Notes under the pieces: generated by a model
Database searches by the model: none
Told to the model about the DNA's origin: nothing
Seen by the model: only the letters and a program-made list of their open reading frames with translations
From: a virus
Taxonomy: Duplodnaviria > Caudoviricetes
DNA length: 64,000 bases
Reading direction: 5' to 3' (one strand)
IMG/VR virus record: IMGVR_UViG_3300010270_000394
Coordinates: 1 to 64,000 of that record
Shown: positions 30,416-39,664 of the stretch, piece by piece
Position numbering within the stretch: position 1 is the stretch's first letter
How the letters are laid out: the number at the start of each line of letters is the position of its first letter
Position numbers and translations under genes: made by a program

Positions 30416-32611
30416 TTATGTTCCGGAAAGTAAACGCGATTGGAACATATCACGAAGTTCGATGATATGCGTTGGATGATTTTCCTGATTGTAAAGTTCC
30501 TGAAGGAAACCATAGAACTGATTTTCAAACGGCGTAACCAAACCGCCCATCCATTTGTAATGACCGCTGCGGAATACGGACTGTGCAACGCCGCGCAGTT
30601 TCTTCCACTCGGTATAATACCAGCTCTTGACCTTGACCATAAAACCAACGCTGTCCTCGACAACAAAGCCTTCAATCTCATGACCATCCAGCAGATAATC
30701 TTCCGCAGTTACATCAGCATACCACGCCTTAAATTCAGACCACGTTTGCAACCGTGCTGCAAGTTTCTTAGGTTGGAATCCATAGCGAGAGGCAACCATG
30801 AGAACCATATCATAAGAATACTTCTCAAAGTTAAGTTGGTTTTTAACAATGTCCAGCAGAAACAAATTTGACTGATCATACTTGATGATATGGGGATCAC
30901 GCTCCATATCAACACACTCAAATACAAGCGTCGCGTTCTCATTTTTGAGGAAGTTCTTCAATTCATGATAATTCATAACGCGCTTCTGGAACGCCTCGCG
31001 CATCCATCCGGCAAATTCTCCCGTAGGATCAGACTTGCTTGTGATGAAAAAGTCGTCTTTTTCTGCGTCATAAGATACCATGCCTAGGAATCCGTTTTCC
31101 TTGACATATGCCGTGACAGGAAACGTCAACTTATGCTGAAGCATGGGAAATTTGGTTTCGGGACGCTCGTTGACCTTAAAAAACTTTTCGTAACTGCGGC
31201 AGATAACTTTTCCTTCCGCTGTGTTGATGAATAAACCACGCGCCTTAATCGTCTGCGCATTCCACTGTTTTTCATAAAACGCATCGCGCGTAAAGTTGAA
31301 CGAAGAAATATCGCCGAAACGCTTTTCCATGATGTAGCGGTTTTTCCGCATCTTATCGACGACTTCCATTACATCTTGTTCGCACTGTTCGTACTGCTCC
31401 GGAATCTCCTGCTTAACCTCGCGGAATACCTTATTTGACAGCTCAACGGTATGAAATCCGGTTTCATCAAGCGTGACGACGCGAAGATTACCACCAAACT
31501 CCACCTTACCTTCCAGATTGAAACAACGCTCCGACATTCTGACAGGAGAATCTTCGGTGTTGCGATGACCGAAAATCTGATAACAATTGTTCGGCATTGT
31601 GTTATCCCACGTCTGCGCGACCTGTTCATATTCGGAATATCTGCCAACGCCGCGAATCATCTGATCCGTTGCAACCTTAGTCAAATCGGAAGAAGGATAC
31701 GGCAGCAAACTCAAACCGGCGTGAGTAACAAGAACTGTCTTGTCACCATAAGTATAATAAGCACACTGACCAAATTTCCGGTAGAGCATACGAACCATCT
31801 TCGGATCGACTTCCGCTTTTTCGAGTTCCTTTCGTGTCACCTTTTCAAACTCCGGCGAAAGCGACGTACCGCCGTGCGCCCAATACCAAAGCCAACGTTC
31901 ATGATTTCCCTCAAGCATAATGACGTTCGACTTATCCATGATGCTGTAAAGAAACTGGATAACAGCAACATTCTCCATGCCGCGATCAATATAGTCTCCG
32001 CAGAAAATATACAGTTCGTCGTCCTTTAGTCCGTCTTTCAAATACTCCTGCAAGATAGTGTTACATCCGTGAATGTCTCCAATGTGATGAATTTTCTTAT
32101 AGTTGGAGAAATCCAAAGGATGAATCCAGATGCTTTCTAATTCATCCGGCATAATCCTCTTAACTCCGGCAGGAATCGGCTGCGTCGCAAAACGCGCGTA
32201 CATACGCTCGATTACTTCATCCGGAACGATTTTGTAGGACGTTCTCATATGATTACGACGTTTGCATTCCTCAATCGGAACGTCCGTGAAATCAACGCAG
32301 TACATACGATAGCGGTAAGTCTTTGCCAAATCCTTGTAGCGGTTGATCTCCTGTGTTTTGGAATTCGTCGCGTCAACGACAACAAACTCTCCGCGCTTCA
32401 TGCGCTCTTCCAGAATGTCAAACAACAGATTCCAAACTTTTTTGTCGTTGCTTTGCGAAATCTGCATTGTACCGTCCGGCATCTGAACCGGCGACTGGAT
32501 CATCAAGCGGATGTTGTCTGCGGAAATTGAATATTGTTCCAGATTGTTGTCTTTGATGAACGTGGACTTACCAACGCCGGGTGCGCCGCGCATCAACAGT
32601 AAAACTCTCAT
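30416..32611 (-). CDS. Polynucleotide kinase / metallophosphoesterase / RNA ligase fusion
   Basis: GAPGVGKS; GDIHG, GDYIDRG, GNHE; KENG, EGFV, KVK ligase motifs. Confidence 0.92.
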   Translation of the reverse strand: MRVLLLMRGAPGVGKSTFIKDNNLEQYSISADNIRLMIQSPVQMPDGTMQISQSNDKKVWNLLFDILEERMKRGEFVVVDATNSKTQEINRYKDLAKTYRYRMYCVDFTDVPIEECKRRNHMRTSYKIVPDEVIERMYARFATQPIPAGVKRIMPDELESIWIHPLDFSNYKKIHHIGDIHGCNTILQEYLKDGLKDDELYIFCGDYIDRGMENVAVIQFLYSIMDKSNVIMLEGNHERWLWYWAHGGTSLSPEFEKVTRKELEKAEVDPKMVRMLYRKFGQCAYYTYGDKTVLVTHAGLSLLPYPSSDLTKVATDQMIRGVGRYSEYEQVAQTWDNTMPNNCYQIFGHRNTEDSPVRMSERCFNLEGKVEFGGNLRVVTLDETGFHTVELSNKVFREVKQEIPEQYEQCEQDVMEVVDKMRKNRYIMEKRFGDISSFNFTRDAFYEKQWNAQTIKARGLFINTAEGKVICRSYEKFFKVNERPETKFPMLQHKLTFPVTAYVKENGFLGMVSYDAEKDDFFITSKSDPTGEFAGWMREAFQKRVMNYHELKNFLKNENATLVFECVDMERDPHIIKYDQSNLFLLDIVKNQLNFEKYSYDMVLMVASRYGFQPKKLAARLQTWSEFKAWYADVTAEDYLLDGHEIEGFVVEDSVGFMVKVKSWYYTEWKKLRGVAQSVFRSGHYKWMGGLVTPFENQFYGFLQELYNQENHPTHIIELRDMFQSRLLSGT

Positions 32612-32641
32612 AGTTCTTTCCTCATTTCTTCTTGGTTAGTC

Positions 32642-32712
32642 ATCCTTCCAATCTACGCCGCGCCGCCCTCGGCTTTCGCCTCGAACGCCTTTGGCGTTTA
32701 GATTGGAAGGAT
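32642..32712. promoter_or_regulatory. Branched hairpin downstream of candidate DGR variable region
   Basis: 14 bp inverted repeat ATCCTTCCAATCTA/TAGATTGGAAGGAT enclosing two GC-rich mini-hairpins. Confidence 0.65.
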
Positions 32713-32725
32713 TTTAAGAGCAACT

Positions 32726-33526
32726 TTAGGAAGCGAAGCCGGGCGCAACGCCAATGCTAGAGCCGGAGGAGTTGTCGTTCGCGCTCCCGTTGGTGTACAC
32801 AAAGCAAAAGTACGTCGAGGCGGACGCATTAGGAGAACGCAGCCACATCCAACGTTGATCACCGTCGTCGTCTACCATGCCATACGGAACATTCTCCTGA
32901 CGGAACAACTCATACCAATGACCTTCGCCGCCGTTGGAATAAATCTTGCGACCGAATTGCTCCTGCTCCGACATGAGCCAAACCAAATCCTTTGTCTGGA
33001 TCAGGTTTCCGTTCTCATTCGCGGTCAGCTTCCAAACGGGCTTAATGATCGCGCGGAGTTCATCAGACATAAGATTGTAGAATTCTCCGTTGAGCGTATA
33101 ACGGCAATCCGTCTTTTCCCATCCGCACGGTTCGCTGTCTCTCCGCATTACCATGTCGTCTTTGTAGACACGCGCCATGCCCCAAGAGATCGGCGCTTTG
33201 CCGCTGTCATCCGCAAGATCGTCATGATCAAAGCCAAGAATGCGATACTCCGCAACGTAGCCATTTTTCATGTAATCTTTCTTCGTCGCGCCAAGCGCAA
33301 AGAACTTACGCGCGTTTCCAGCAAGACCGATCTTGTTGATTACACTCCACGGAATGTTGTCAAGGTTCTTCAGCGGAAAATTCATCGCGGCAAACGCAAA
33401 ATCGGCGATTGTTCCAAAATCCGAATTCACATCCGGAAAGGAAATCGTCACCGTATCACCGTCTTGTTTAAACTGCATAGAAGGAAAGCGCTTGATGATT
33501 TCAGAATCAATTACAACCTTACTCAT
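32726..33526 (-). CDS. DUF6273/C-type-lectin-fold protein, probable DGR target
   Basis: RILGFDHD, LMSEQE, WMWLRSP...FCFV...GVAPGF C-terminus rich in NNC codons. Confidence 0.78.
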   Translation of the reverse strand: MSKVVIDSEIIKRFPSMQFKQDGDTVTISFPDVNSDFGTIADFAFAAMNFPLKNLDNIPWSVINKIGLAGNARKFFALGATKKDYMKNGYVAEYRILGFDHDDLADDSGKAPISWGMARVYKDDMVMRRDSEPCGWEKTDCRYTLNGEFYNLMSDELRAIIKPVWKLTANENGNLIQTKDLVWLMSEQEQFGRKIYSNGGEGHWYELFRQENVPYGMVDDDGDQRWMWLRSPNASASTYFCFVYTNGSANDNSSGSSIGVAPGFAS

Positions 33527-33608
33527 TTATCCATAATCCTTTCTAAAATATTGTCGGACACTCTGCCAAGCATCGGATTTTTCCTTGAGGAATTTTCCGA
33601 TACTTGAC

Positions 33609-33634
33609 AGAATGCCCGACGTATCGGGCATTCT
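33609..33634. terminator. Stable hairpin 3' of the large RNA (terminator or processing site)
   Basis: 11 bp perfect stem with UACG loop on the minus strand; no clear U tract. Confidence 0.55.
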
Positions 33635-33643
33635 ATATCGTCA

Positions 33644-34038
33644 ATTCGCTGCGCAACAGCCTTGTGGTTCGCTGTCGGGCAAGCATAACAATCCCAAACC
33701 ATATACCAAGGATTTGATGCAGATTTGCTCTTTTTTACTTAATAATTGAGCTTTGAAGATTCAAATGAACTTTGAGAGTTGAGCATTGAACCTTCAACTT
33801 TCAGCCTTGAACTTTACAGTAGATTTTATCTTTTCGATCTTCGCCGTTTCAATATTACGGCTAACGAAAAGATTCTTTTCTTCATATAAGTATTCAAAAA
33901 TCCAATATTTTGAATCATTATAGAGGGATTAAAAGTCCCACTGTAATCAAAGGCAGCGGCGTTTTTATTGTTTTCGTCTCAGAACGCCGCCATAAACTCA
34001 GGCGTGTTATGGTTTACAGTTTTCGTTACGCAGCGAAT
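33644..34038 (-). ncRNA. Candidate ~395 nt large structured RNA
   Basis: 14 bp terminal stem, second long-range helix, several local hairpins, heptamer array, no convincing ORF. Confidence 0.7.
33746..33813. repeat. Degenerate 7 nt tandem repeat, 9 units plus one partial
   Basis: ttgagct ttgaaga ttcaa atgaact ttgagag ttgagca ttgaacc ttcaact ttcagcc ttgaact. Confidence 0.8.
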
Positions 34039-34048
34039 GGATGATCGC

Positions 34049-34687
34049 TTAGTATTCGATCTCGATGGTGGTAGTCGCGTTCGAGACAGACAGCGCCGCA
34101 TCCACCTCCGGCATAAAGGCGTTGATCTTGTCGTCCAGTTCCGCGATCTTCTTCTCAACGGCAAGCGGATCAATCAACTCCATCGTGTTCGCCTTGATGT
34201 AGTTGTTCATCGTGGAAGTGTATTCCTCGCTGCCCTTCTTGACCTCGCCACCGGCATTGAGTCCAGTAACAAACGCTTCTGCCTTGGACTGAAGAGAATC
34301 GTTGTTCTTTTCGAGCGCCGTCTTTGCCTTGCCGAGCTGAAGCGTCAGCATATCGCGGAGCTGGATATAATGCTCCATGCCGTGATTCTTCATGTCGATG
34401 GCTTCCACGACGGTCATCCTCTCGCCGCCGATCTCAACCTCCGTCTTGGCATTGGAAAGCGTGACGGCGCGTTTGATCGCATTGCGGCGCTTGATCAGGT
34501 CAGATGCCTTGTCGTAAGATGCCTTGGCAAGCTCTTTGAACTCGTCGGCAGACTTACCGCTGATCTTGTCCTGATTGTTCTTCTTGGTCGTGATGTAGCT
34601 GCCACTGGTGATGGCGTTGCTGATCCGGCTGTCAAGAACCTTCAGCTCCGCAAGCGCCTTATGGACGGTCATAGTCTCAGTGTTCAT
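34049..34687 (-). CDS. Coiled-coil protein resembling the DIP1984/DUF6847 family
   Basis: TVHKALAELK..., SNAKTEV...MTVVEAI, EVDAALSVSNATT; AAGGAG RBS. Confidence 0.75.
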   Translation of the reverse strand: MNTETMTVHKALAELKVLDSRISNAITSGSYITTKKNNQDKISGKSADEFKELAKASYDKASDLIKRRNAIKRAVTLSNAKTEVEIGGERMTVVEAIDMKNHGMEHYIQLRDMLTLQLGKAKTALEKNNDSLQSKAEAFVTGLNAGGEVKKGSEEYTSTMNNYIKANTMELIDPLAVEKKIAELDDKINAFMPEVDAALSVSNATTTIEIEY

Positions 34688-34784
34688 GTTTGTTCTCCTT
34701 TTCTGATCTTTGATTTTTACTTGTAATTCTTGTTATTTGTTCCGTTTTAAGAGGGCATAACTGCCCTCCAAAACGGTAAGCAAA

Positions 34785-35708
34785 TCAGGTGTAGATATAG
34801 TCCCTAAACTCACAATACTCGTCGTACTTGTTGTAAAGATAATACTTGCTGCGCGGAACTGAGTTGTCCACCGGAAAGAACTTGCTGAGTGTTTCCGAAT
34901 CCGTCCGGCTGACTTTGCCATTTGCAAGCTCGTATTCATGCAGACGATAGCATATGCCGGAAAAGTATATGCTGTTCCAGTGGAATTTCTTATCCACTTC
35001 TTTCGCAAGATCATTGACCGAAATCGTGAAACGCGCAATGCTTTTCTTGCTGATCTGTCCGGATTTGTAAGTTCGGAGCAGATAGATCGAATCCTGATAG
35101 GTAATCACTGTACCGCCAAATTTGTTTGATTCATAGCTAGTTGCGTATTTGTAATCGCGGAACATTTCAACGGCAACGGGCGGCAGAGTAAAGATTTCTC
35201 CGGTATTCGGATTTGTGAGCGTTCCGGCGTTCTCGTCGAAATCGCTCTTTTTGACACAAACCGCGTCATCGAGTTTTATTCCGAGCCAAACCATTGTTGC
35301 GGCGACTTTAAACGTCTCAAACTCACTTCGATTGATCAGAACAACGTTCATTGCCTGAAAGAGATCGTTATAATCCGCAAAATAGTAAACGTCATAAATT
35401 CCGGCGCGGCTAATGTCCTCATATCGGATGTCCTGCAACTCACGCAACGGAGCATCCGTTCCGTATCCTTCCTCTTTCATCCAAAGCATGAAATCAATCA
35501 TTTTGGACTTGTATGGATAGAACGTATTGCTGGACGTAATTTTCGCACGGGCAAATACGTCGATAAAATCCTGCCGTTTCATTTCATCATACGGAACGTC
35601 GCTGTTAAACAATTGCCGCAGATTGGAATGGACTTGCTTTTGGCTTTGTTCATTCATCTTGACAGAGGATTCTTCGATGTATCGCGTCAAAATCGCTTCG
35701 TCGATCAT
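34785..35708 (-). CDS. Tyrosine-recombinase-fold protein, MrpR/YopR-like repressor candidate
   Basis: Integrase-like size and pattern (WLGIK...VKKSDF, YLLRT, SIYFSG) lacking catalytic R and HxxR. Confidence 0.6.
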   Translation of the reverse strand: MIDEAILTRYIEESSVKMNEQSQKQVHSNLRQLFNSDVPYDEMKRQDFIDVFARAKITSSNTFYPYKSKMIDFMLWMKEEGYGTDAPLRELQDIRYEDISRAGIYDVYYFADYNDLFQAMNVVLINRSEFETFKVAATMVWLGIKLDDAVCVKKSDFDENAGTLTNPNTGEIFTLPPVAVEMFRDYKYATSYESNKFGGTVITYQDSIYLLRTYKSGQISKKSIARFTISVNDLAKEVDKKFHWNSIYFSGICYRLHEYELANGKVSRTDSETLSKFFPVDNSVPRSKYYLYNKYDEYCEFRDYIYT

Positions 35709-35775
35709 ATCATTCACCCTCAAGCATAATAACAAATTATCGGCGATTTGTCAAGCACTTTGTAATTGTTTTTAT

Positions 35776-36126
35776 TCAGGCACAAGAAAGACCAAGACTT
35801 ACCAGCATGGCACGATTGATCTCGTCCATTTTACTGTCACTCACTCTGCCAACGAACCGAATTAACCGGCTCTTATCAATGGTCTTGAGTTGTTCGAGCA
35901 AAACGGTGGAATCCATTTTCAGGTTTCCTTCTCCGCTCTGAATATCAATATGTGTCGGCAAACGCTTTTTCAGCTTGGAGGTCATGACGGCAACGATGAC
36001 GGTTGGACTGTGAAAATTTCCGACATTGTTCTGCACGATAATGACCGGACGCATACCGCCTTGTTCGCAACCATAGGCGGGACTCAAATCGGCGTAATAA
36101 ATATCTCCCCTCTTAATAGTTTTCAT
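35776..36126 (-). CDS. mazF: MazF/PemK endoribonuclease toxin (no adjacent MazE)
   Basis: RGDIYYADL, EQGGMRPVIIVQNNVGN, LEQLKTIDKSRL. Confidence 0.92.
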   Translation of the reverse strand: MKTIKRGDIYYADLSPAYGCEQGGMRPVIIVQNNVGNFHSPTVIVAVMTSKLKKRLPTHIDIQSGEGNLKMDSTVLLEQLKTIDKSRLIRFVGRVSDSKMDEINRAMLVSLGLSCA

Positions 36127-36168
36127 GGCGATTTCTCCTTGCGAAGTTTGTCAATCCTTGTAATTGTA

Positions 36169-36197
36169 ATTATAGCAAAGAGGGGCAGAAGAGTCAA
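36169..36197 (-). promoter_or_regulatory. Sigma-A promoter of mazF flanked by motif copies
   Basis: TTGACT-17-TATAAT; motif at 36203-36218 and a partial copy at 36158. Confidence 0.75.
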
Positions 36198-36231
36198 GTA
36201 ACATAACAACAATTACAAAAATAATTTTTAC

Positions 36232-36975
36232 TCAAACCGCTTTTCCGTAAGCTGCGATTGCCGCTTTGTAGAAAAGCATCTGATACTTCGACAAGGTTTC
36301 CGGCGCGATTTCCTCCATCATTTTCTGCTCATAAATGAGTTTTTCCGTAATGGGTTTCTGCGCCGCGAGATCATACACACCGGCGAATATCCTGTTTTCC
36401 GCACAATGAAACGGGACTTTGAAATAAATCGTGCGCGGAATTTGCAAGGACTGGCGCTTTCCGTCCAGATAAACGTTGATGATCCGCTGGATTTGATATT
36501 GCTCAAGTTCGGTAAGTTCGCCGAGCAAATATGGATCAATGACCAGCAAGGCGGCGCTTTCGTCCATCATGATCTTATTCAACCGACTGCCGAAAAATTC
36601 TCCGTCCATCAAATCGGCAATCTGTTTCCACTCGCGCGGCGCTGCTATCGTAAGCTGCTCCGGCTTTTCATGCAGGGCGCGAATGGTATATGTACTAAAA
36701 TTAGTACGGACGGTAAAGGTGTTGTTTGCTTCCGCTTGAAAGCTGATCACCTTACCGTCCGTAAAGCATGGCACGGCGAACAGTTTTCCGAACTCGATGA
36801 ACCGATCCTTGCGGAGTGTGATCTTCGTTGCATGGAAAGCGGCAGCTCCATTGACCTGAACGCTGAATAAGTCGTAGTTGCTCAACAACGCCGCCATCGT
36901 CAGCAGTTTGTTTTCCTCGGTCGAGATTGGGAACTGATTCATCAATGATTCCAACTTGTTCGTCGTAACATTCAT
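36232..36975 (-). CDS. Hypothetical protein divergent from XRE repressor
   Basis: AAGGAG RBS before MNVTTNK. Confidence 0.65.
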   Translation of the reverse strand: MNVTTNKLESLMNQFPISTEENKLLTMAALLSNYDLFSVQVNGAAAFHATKITLRKDRFIEFGKLFAVPCFTDGKVISFQAEANNTFTVRTNFSTYTIRALHEKPEQLTIAAPREWKQIADLMDGEFFGSRLNKIMMDESAALLVIDPYLLGELTELEQYQIQRIINVYLDGKRQSLQIPRTIYFKVPFHCAENRIFAGVYDLAAQKPITEKLIYEQKMMEEIAPETLSKYQMLFYKAAIAAYGKAV

Positions 36976-37142
36976 GACCGTATTCTCCTTTTTTACAGCA
37001 ATTTCTTGTTGACTTTGATAAAATCTTGCTTTATACTGTGCTTGAAACCGTATTATTTTACTGCTCGAAAAGAAATATACCATACTATTTTATTGTTGTC
37101 AATACCAAAAACAAGAAAATTTTATCGTTGTGAGGTATTGTT

Positions 37143-37505
37143 ATGGACTCCACATTATATATTAGGATCAAAGAACTCTGCAAAGGCGAAGGAATCACGC
37201 TTAAAGAACTCTGCGAGATCACCGGCGTAAAAGAAACAAATCTGAACAAATGGAAAAACGGGACTTCCCCTTCCATTGATTCGATCCGTCCGATTGCAAA
37301 CCATTTCCATGTTTCTCTGGACTATTTAACCGGCAACAGCGACATTCCGCAGAACGCCGACGCAATTCTCCAAGACGCTGATATTATTTCACTTCAACGC
37401 GCAAGGCTGCGGCTTTCCAAAGAGGATGAAGCGCTTTGGAACAGCTCAATGGAAATGCTGCGACGCACATTTGACCGCGCTTTCGGCAAAGAGGAAAACA
37501 AATGA
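37143..37505 (+). CDS. XRE-family HTH repressor (ImmR-like)
   Basis: RIKELCK..GITLKEL...KWKNG.SPSID...VSLDYLTG. Confidence 0.9.
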   Translation: MDSTLYIRIKELCKGEGITLKELCEITGVKETNLNKWKNGTSPSIDSIRPIANHFHVSLDYLTGNSDIPQNADAILQDADIISLQRARLRLSKEDEALWNSSMEMLRRTFDRAFGKEENK

Positions 37506-38203
37506 TCCGTTACGGTTTGGTTCACAAAGAGGTTTTACATATCTACAAAATGCTCGATCCGGTTGCTTTTCCAATCGAACCGTGCAATTTATCGTACATT
37601 TTTCCAAATCTCCGCATGATGACCTACCAGCAATACGCCGATTGGAACGATTGCTCCATTGAGCGTGTTATCCAGACTTGTAAAAGCAAATTCGGCTGTA
37701 CGCACTACGATCCGGTCAATGACAGGTATCTCATTGTCTGGAACGATGATACGGCAGATAACAATGTGCTTGGACGGCAGCGCTGGACAAAAGCACACGA
37801 ACTCGGTCATGTTGTGCTGAAGCATTTGCCGATGACTGCGCAAAAAAAGATGTCGCGTGACGGATTTTACAGTAAGCATGACGACGAACTTGAGGAAGAA
37901 GCAGATTTGTTTGCAGCTCTCCTACTCTGTCCGTGGGCGCTCTATCGGCAGCTCTATATTGATTCTGCCGCAGATATAGAAAACATCTTCGGGCTTTCCG
38001 AAATGGCGGCGAATATCCGTTGGCAAGACTATCTACGCTGGCGAGGTTGCCGACGAGCGCCGGAGGAAAACACTTGGGCTGACAGAATGCGGAGCATTAT
38101 CCAATTGAGAAAACGTGCAGGACATTTGGAACATCCACCGTTCCGTTACAAAGGCTTCCGAAACAGCACGATCATGGTTTGGAAAGACGCGGAGAACTTT
38201 TAA
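37502..38203 (+). CDS. ImmA/IrrE metallopeptidase antirepressor
   Basis: RQRWTKAHELGH, EEEADLFAALLLCP; coupled to the XRE gene. Confidence 0.9.
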   Translation: MIRYGLVHKEVLHIYKMLDPVAFPIEPCNLSYIFPNLRMMTYQQYADWNDCSIERVIQTCKSKFGCTHYDPVNDRYLIVWNDDTADNNVLGRQRWTKAHELGHVVLKHLPMTAQKKMSRDGFYSKHDDELEEEADLFAALLLCPWALYRQLYIDSAADIENIFGLSEMAANIRWQDYLRWRGCRRAPEENTWADRMRSIIQLRKRAGHLEHPPFRYKGFRNSTIMVWKDAENF

Positions 38204-38214
38204 TAAAAGGCTGG

Positions 38215-39432
38215 TTATGCGCCAGCCTTTTCTTTTTGCATCTGCTTGATGATTCGGTCGATCTCCCGCGCCACCAGCACAAAATCATCCTCTATATAAC
38301 CCTTGGTCGTCATCGCCGCCGTTCCGATCCGAATACCGGACGTGAGCTGCGGCGAACGAGTTTCATTCGGAATACAATTCTTATTCAGAGAAATATCGTG
38401 CCGATCCAGACGTTCTTGAACTTCCTTGCCGGTCAATCCGGTCTTGGTAAGGTCTATCAAGAACAGATGATTGTCTGTCCCTCCGGTCACAACATCGTAT
38501 CCGAGACGAATAAACTCGTCGCACATGGCGCGGCTGTTGCGAACCACCTGACGGATGTAAGTTTTGAACTGCTCCGTACAAGCCTCTTCCGCTGTGACCG
38601 CTTTTCCGGCGATGACGTGCTGCAATGCGCCGCCCTGCGTACACGGAAATACCGCGCTGTCGATCTTCTTGGCAAGTTCAGGCTTGCAGAAAATCAGACC
38701 GCCTCTTGTGCCGCGCAAGGTTTTATGCGTGGTCGTCGTGATCACGTCCGCAAGTCCAAATGGCGAAGGATGTTCACCGGCAGCAACCAAACCGGCGATA
38801 TGCGACATATCCACCATGAAATACGGGCGCTGCATCGCGGTCTTGTTGTAGCACGAATAATAATCGTCAATGATCTTGTTGATCCGACGAAAATCAATGA
38901 TTCTGCTGTACGCGCTTGCTCCGGCAAGAACCAGCTTGGGATGATGTTCATGCAGCTTATGGTACAAGTCATCGTAGTCAATCCTACCGTCCGCGTCCAC
39001 GCCGTAAAATTCCACATTGAACAATTTTCCGCTGAAATTTACCGGCGAACCGTGCGTCAGATGACCTCCATCGTTTAGGCGCATGGAAAGGATCGTGTCG
39101 CCGACGTTCAGGAGCGCCATATATGCCGCGAAGTTTGCGGACGATCCGCTGTGCGGCTGAACATTGACATGATACGACGTGCCGAACACTTCACTCCACT
39201 TCTGGCAGCAGTATTCTTCCAGCTCGTCTACATACTGACAACCGCCGTAATATCTGCCGCAATTTCCAGTCATACGATATGCCGGATAACCTTCGGAGTA
39301 TTTGTTTGTCAGGCACGATCCGACCGCCTTCATGACGTTTTCGCTGACAAAATTCTCGCTGGCAATCAACTCAATTGTGTTGCACTGGCGAATATGTTCT
39401 TTCTCGATAATCTCAAATACTTTCGATTCCAT
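38215..39432 (-). CDS. glyA: Serine hydroxymethyltransferase
   Basis: ELIASEN, NKYSEGYP, GGHLTHG, TTTHKTLRG, GGTDNH. Confidence 0.97.
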   Translation of the reverse strand: MESKVFEIIEKEHIRQCNTIELIASENFVSENVMKAVGSCLTNKYSEGYPAYRMTGNCGRYYGGCQYVDELEEYCCQKWSEVFGTSYHVNVQPHSGSSANFAAYMALLNVGDTILSMRLNDGGHLTHGSPVNFSGKLFNVEFYGVDADGRIDYDDLYHKLHEHHPKLVLAGASAYSRIIDFRRINKIIDDYYSCYNKTAMQRPYFMVDMSHIAGLVAAGEHPSPFGLADVITTTTHKTLRGTRGGLIFCKPELAKKIDSAVFPCTQGGALQHVIAGKAVTAEEACTEQFKTYIRQVVRNSRAMCDEFIRLGYDVVTGGTDNHLFLIDLTKTGLTGKEVQERLDRHDISLNKNCIPNETRSPQLTSGIRIGTAAMTTKGYIEDDFVLVAREIDRIIKQMQKEKAGA

Positions 39433-39563
39433 TACGCGCTTTCCCTTTCCTGTTCTTCAAGTTCATGATATGCTTCAGATACGGTGTCCGCAGAGAGGAT
39501 AAAATTGCCGGAACTATCACGGACTTCAACGTGTCCGTTAATGTGAAAGATGGCGTAGTTCAT
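39432..39563 (-). CDS. Small phage protein
   Basis: GGAGG RBS; HINGHVEVRD..GNFILSADT. Confidence 0.6.
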   Translation of the reverse strand: MNYAIFHINGHVEVRDSSGNFILSADTVSEAYHELEEQERESA

Positions 39564-39592
39564 AATATCCTCCATTATTGTATTTCTTGTTA

Positions 39593-39664
39593 TGGCGGCA
39601 GATGCCGGAATCGAACCGGCGTTTCCGTGTGAACCACAGCGTATTACCACTATACGAATCCACC
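39593..39664 (-). tRNA. tRNA-like gene with shortened anticodon arm (Glu-TTC if 4 bp stem; identity uncertain)
   Basis: 7 bp acceptor, D arm with GG, GGTTCGATTCC T arm, encoded CCA; arm CTGTG-GTTCA-CACGG. Confidence 0.7.

Noticed and set aside
32726-34038. The large RNA as the DGR template repeat
   Set aside because: No similarity to the variable region and no AAC-rich copy. No reverse transcriptase in the window.
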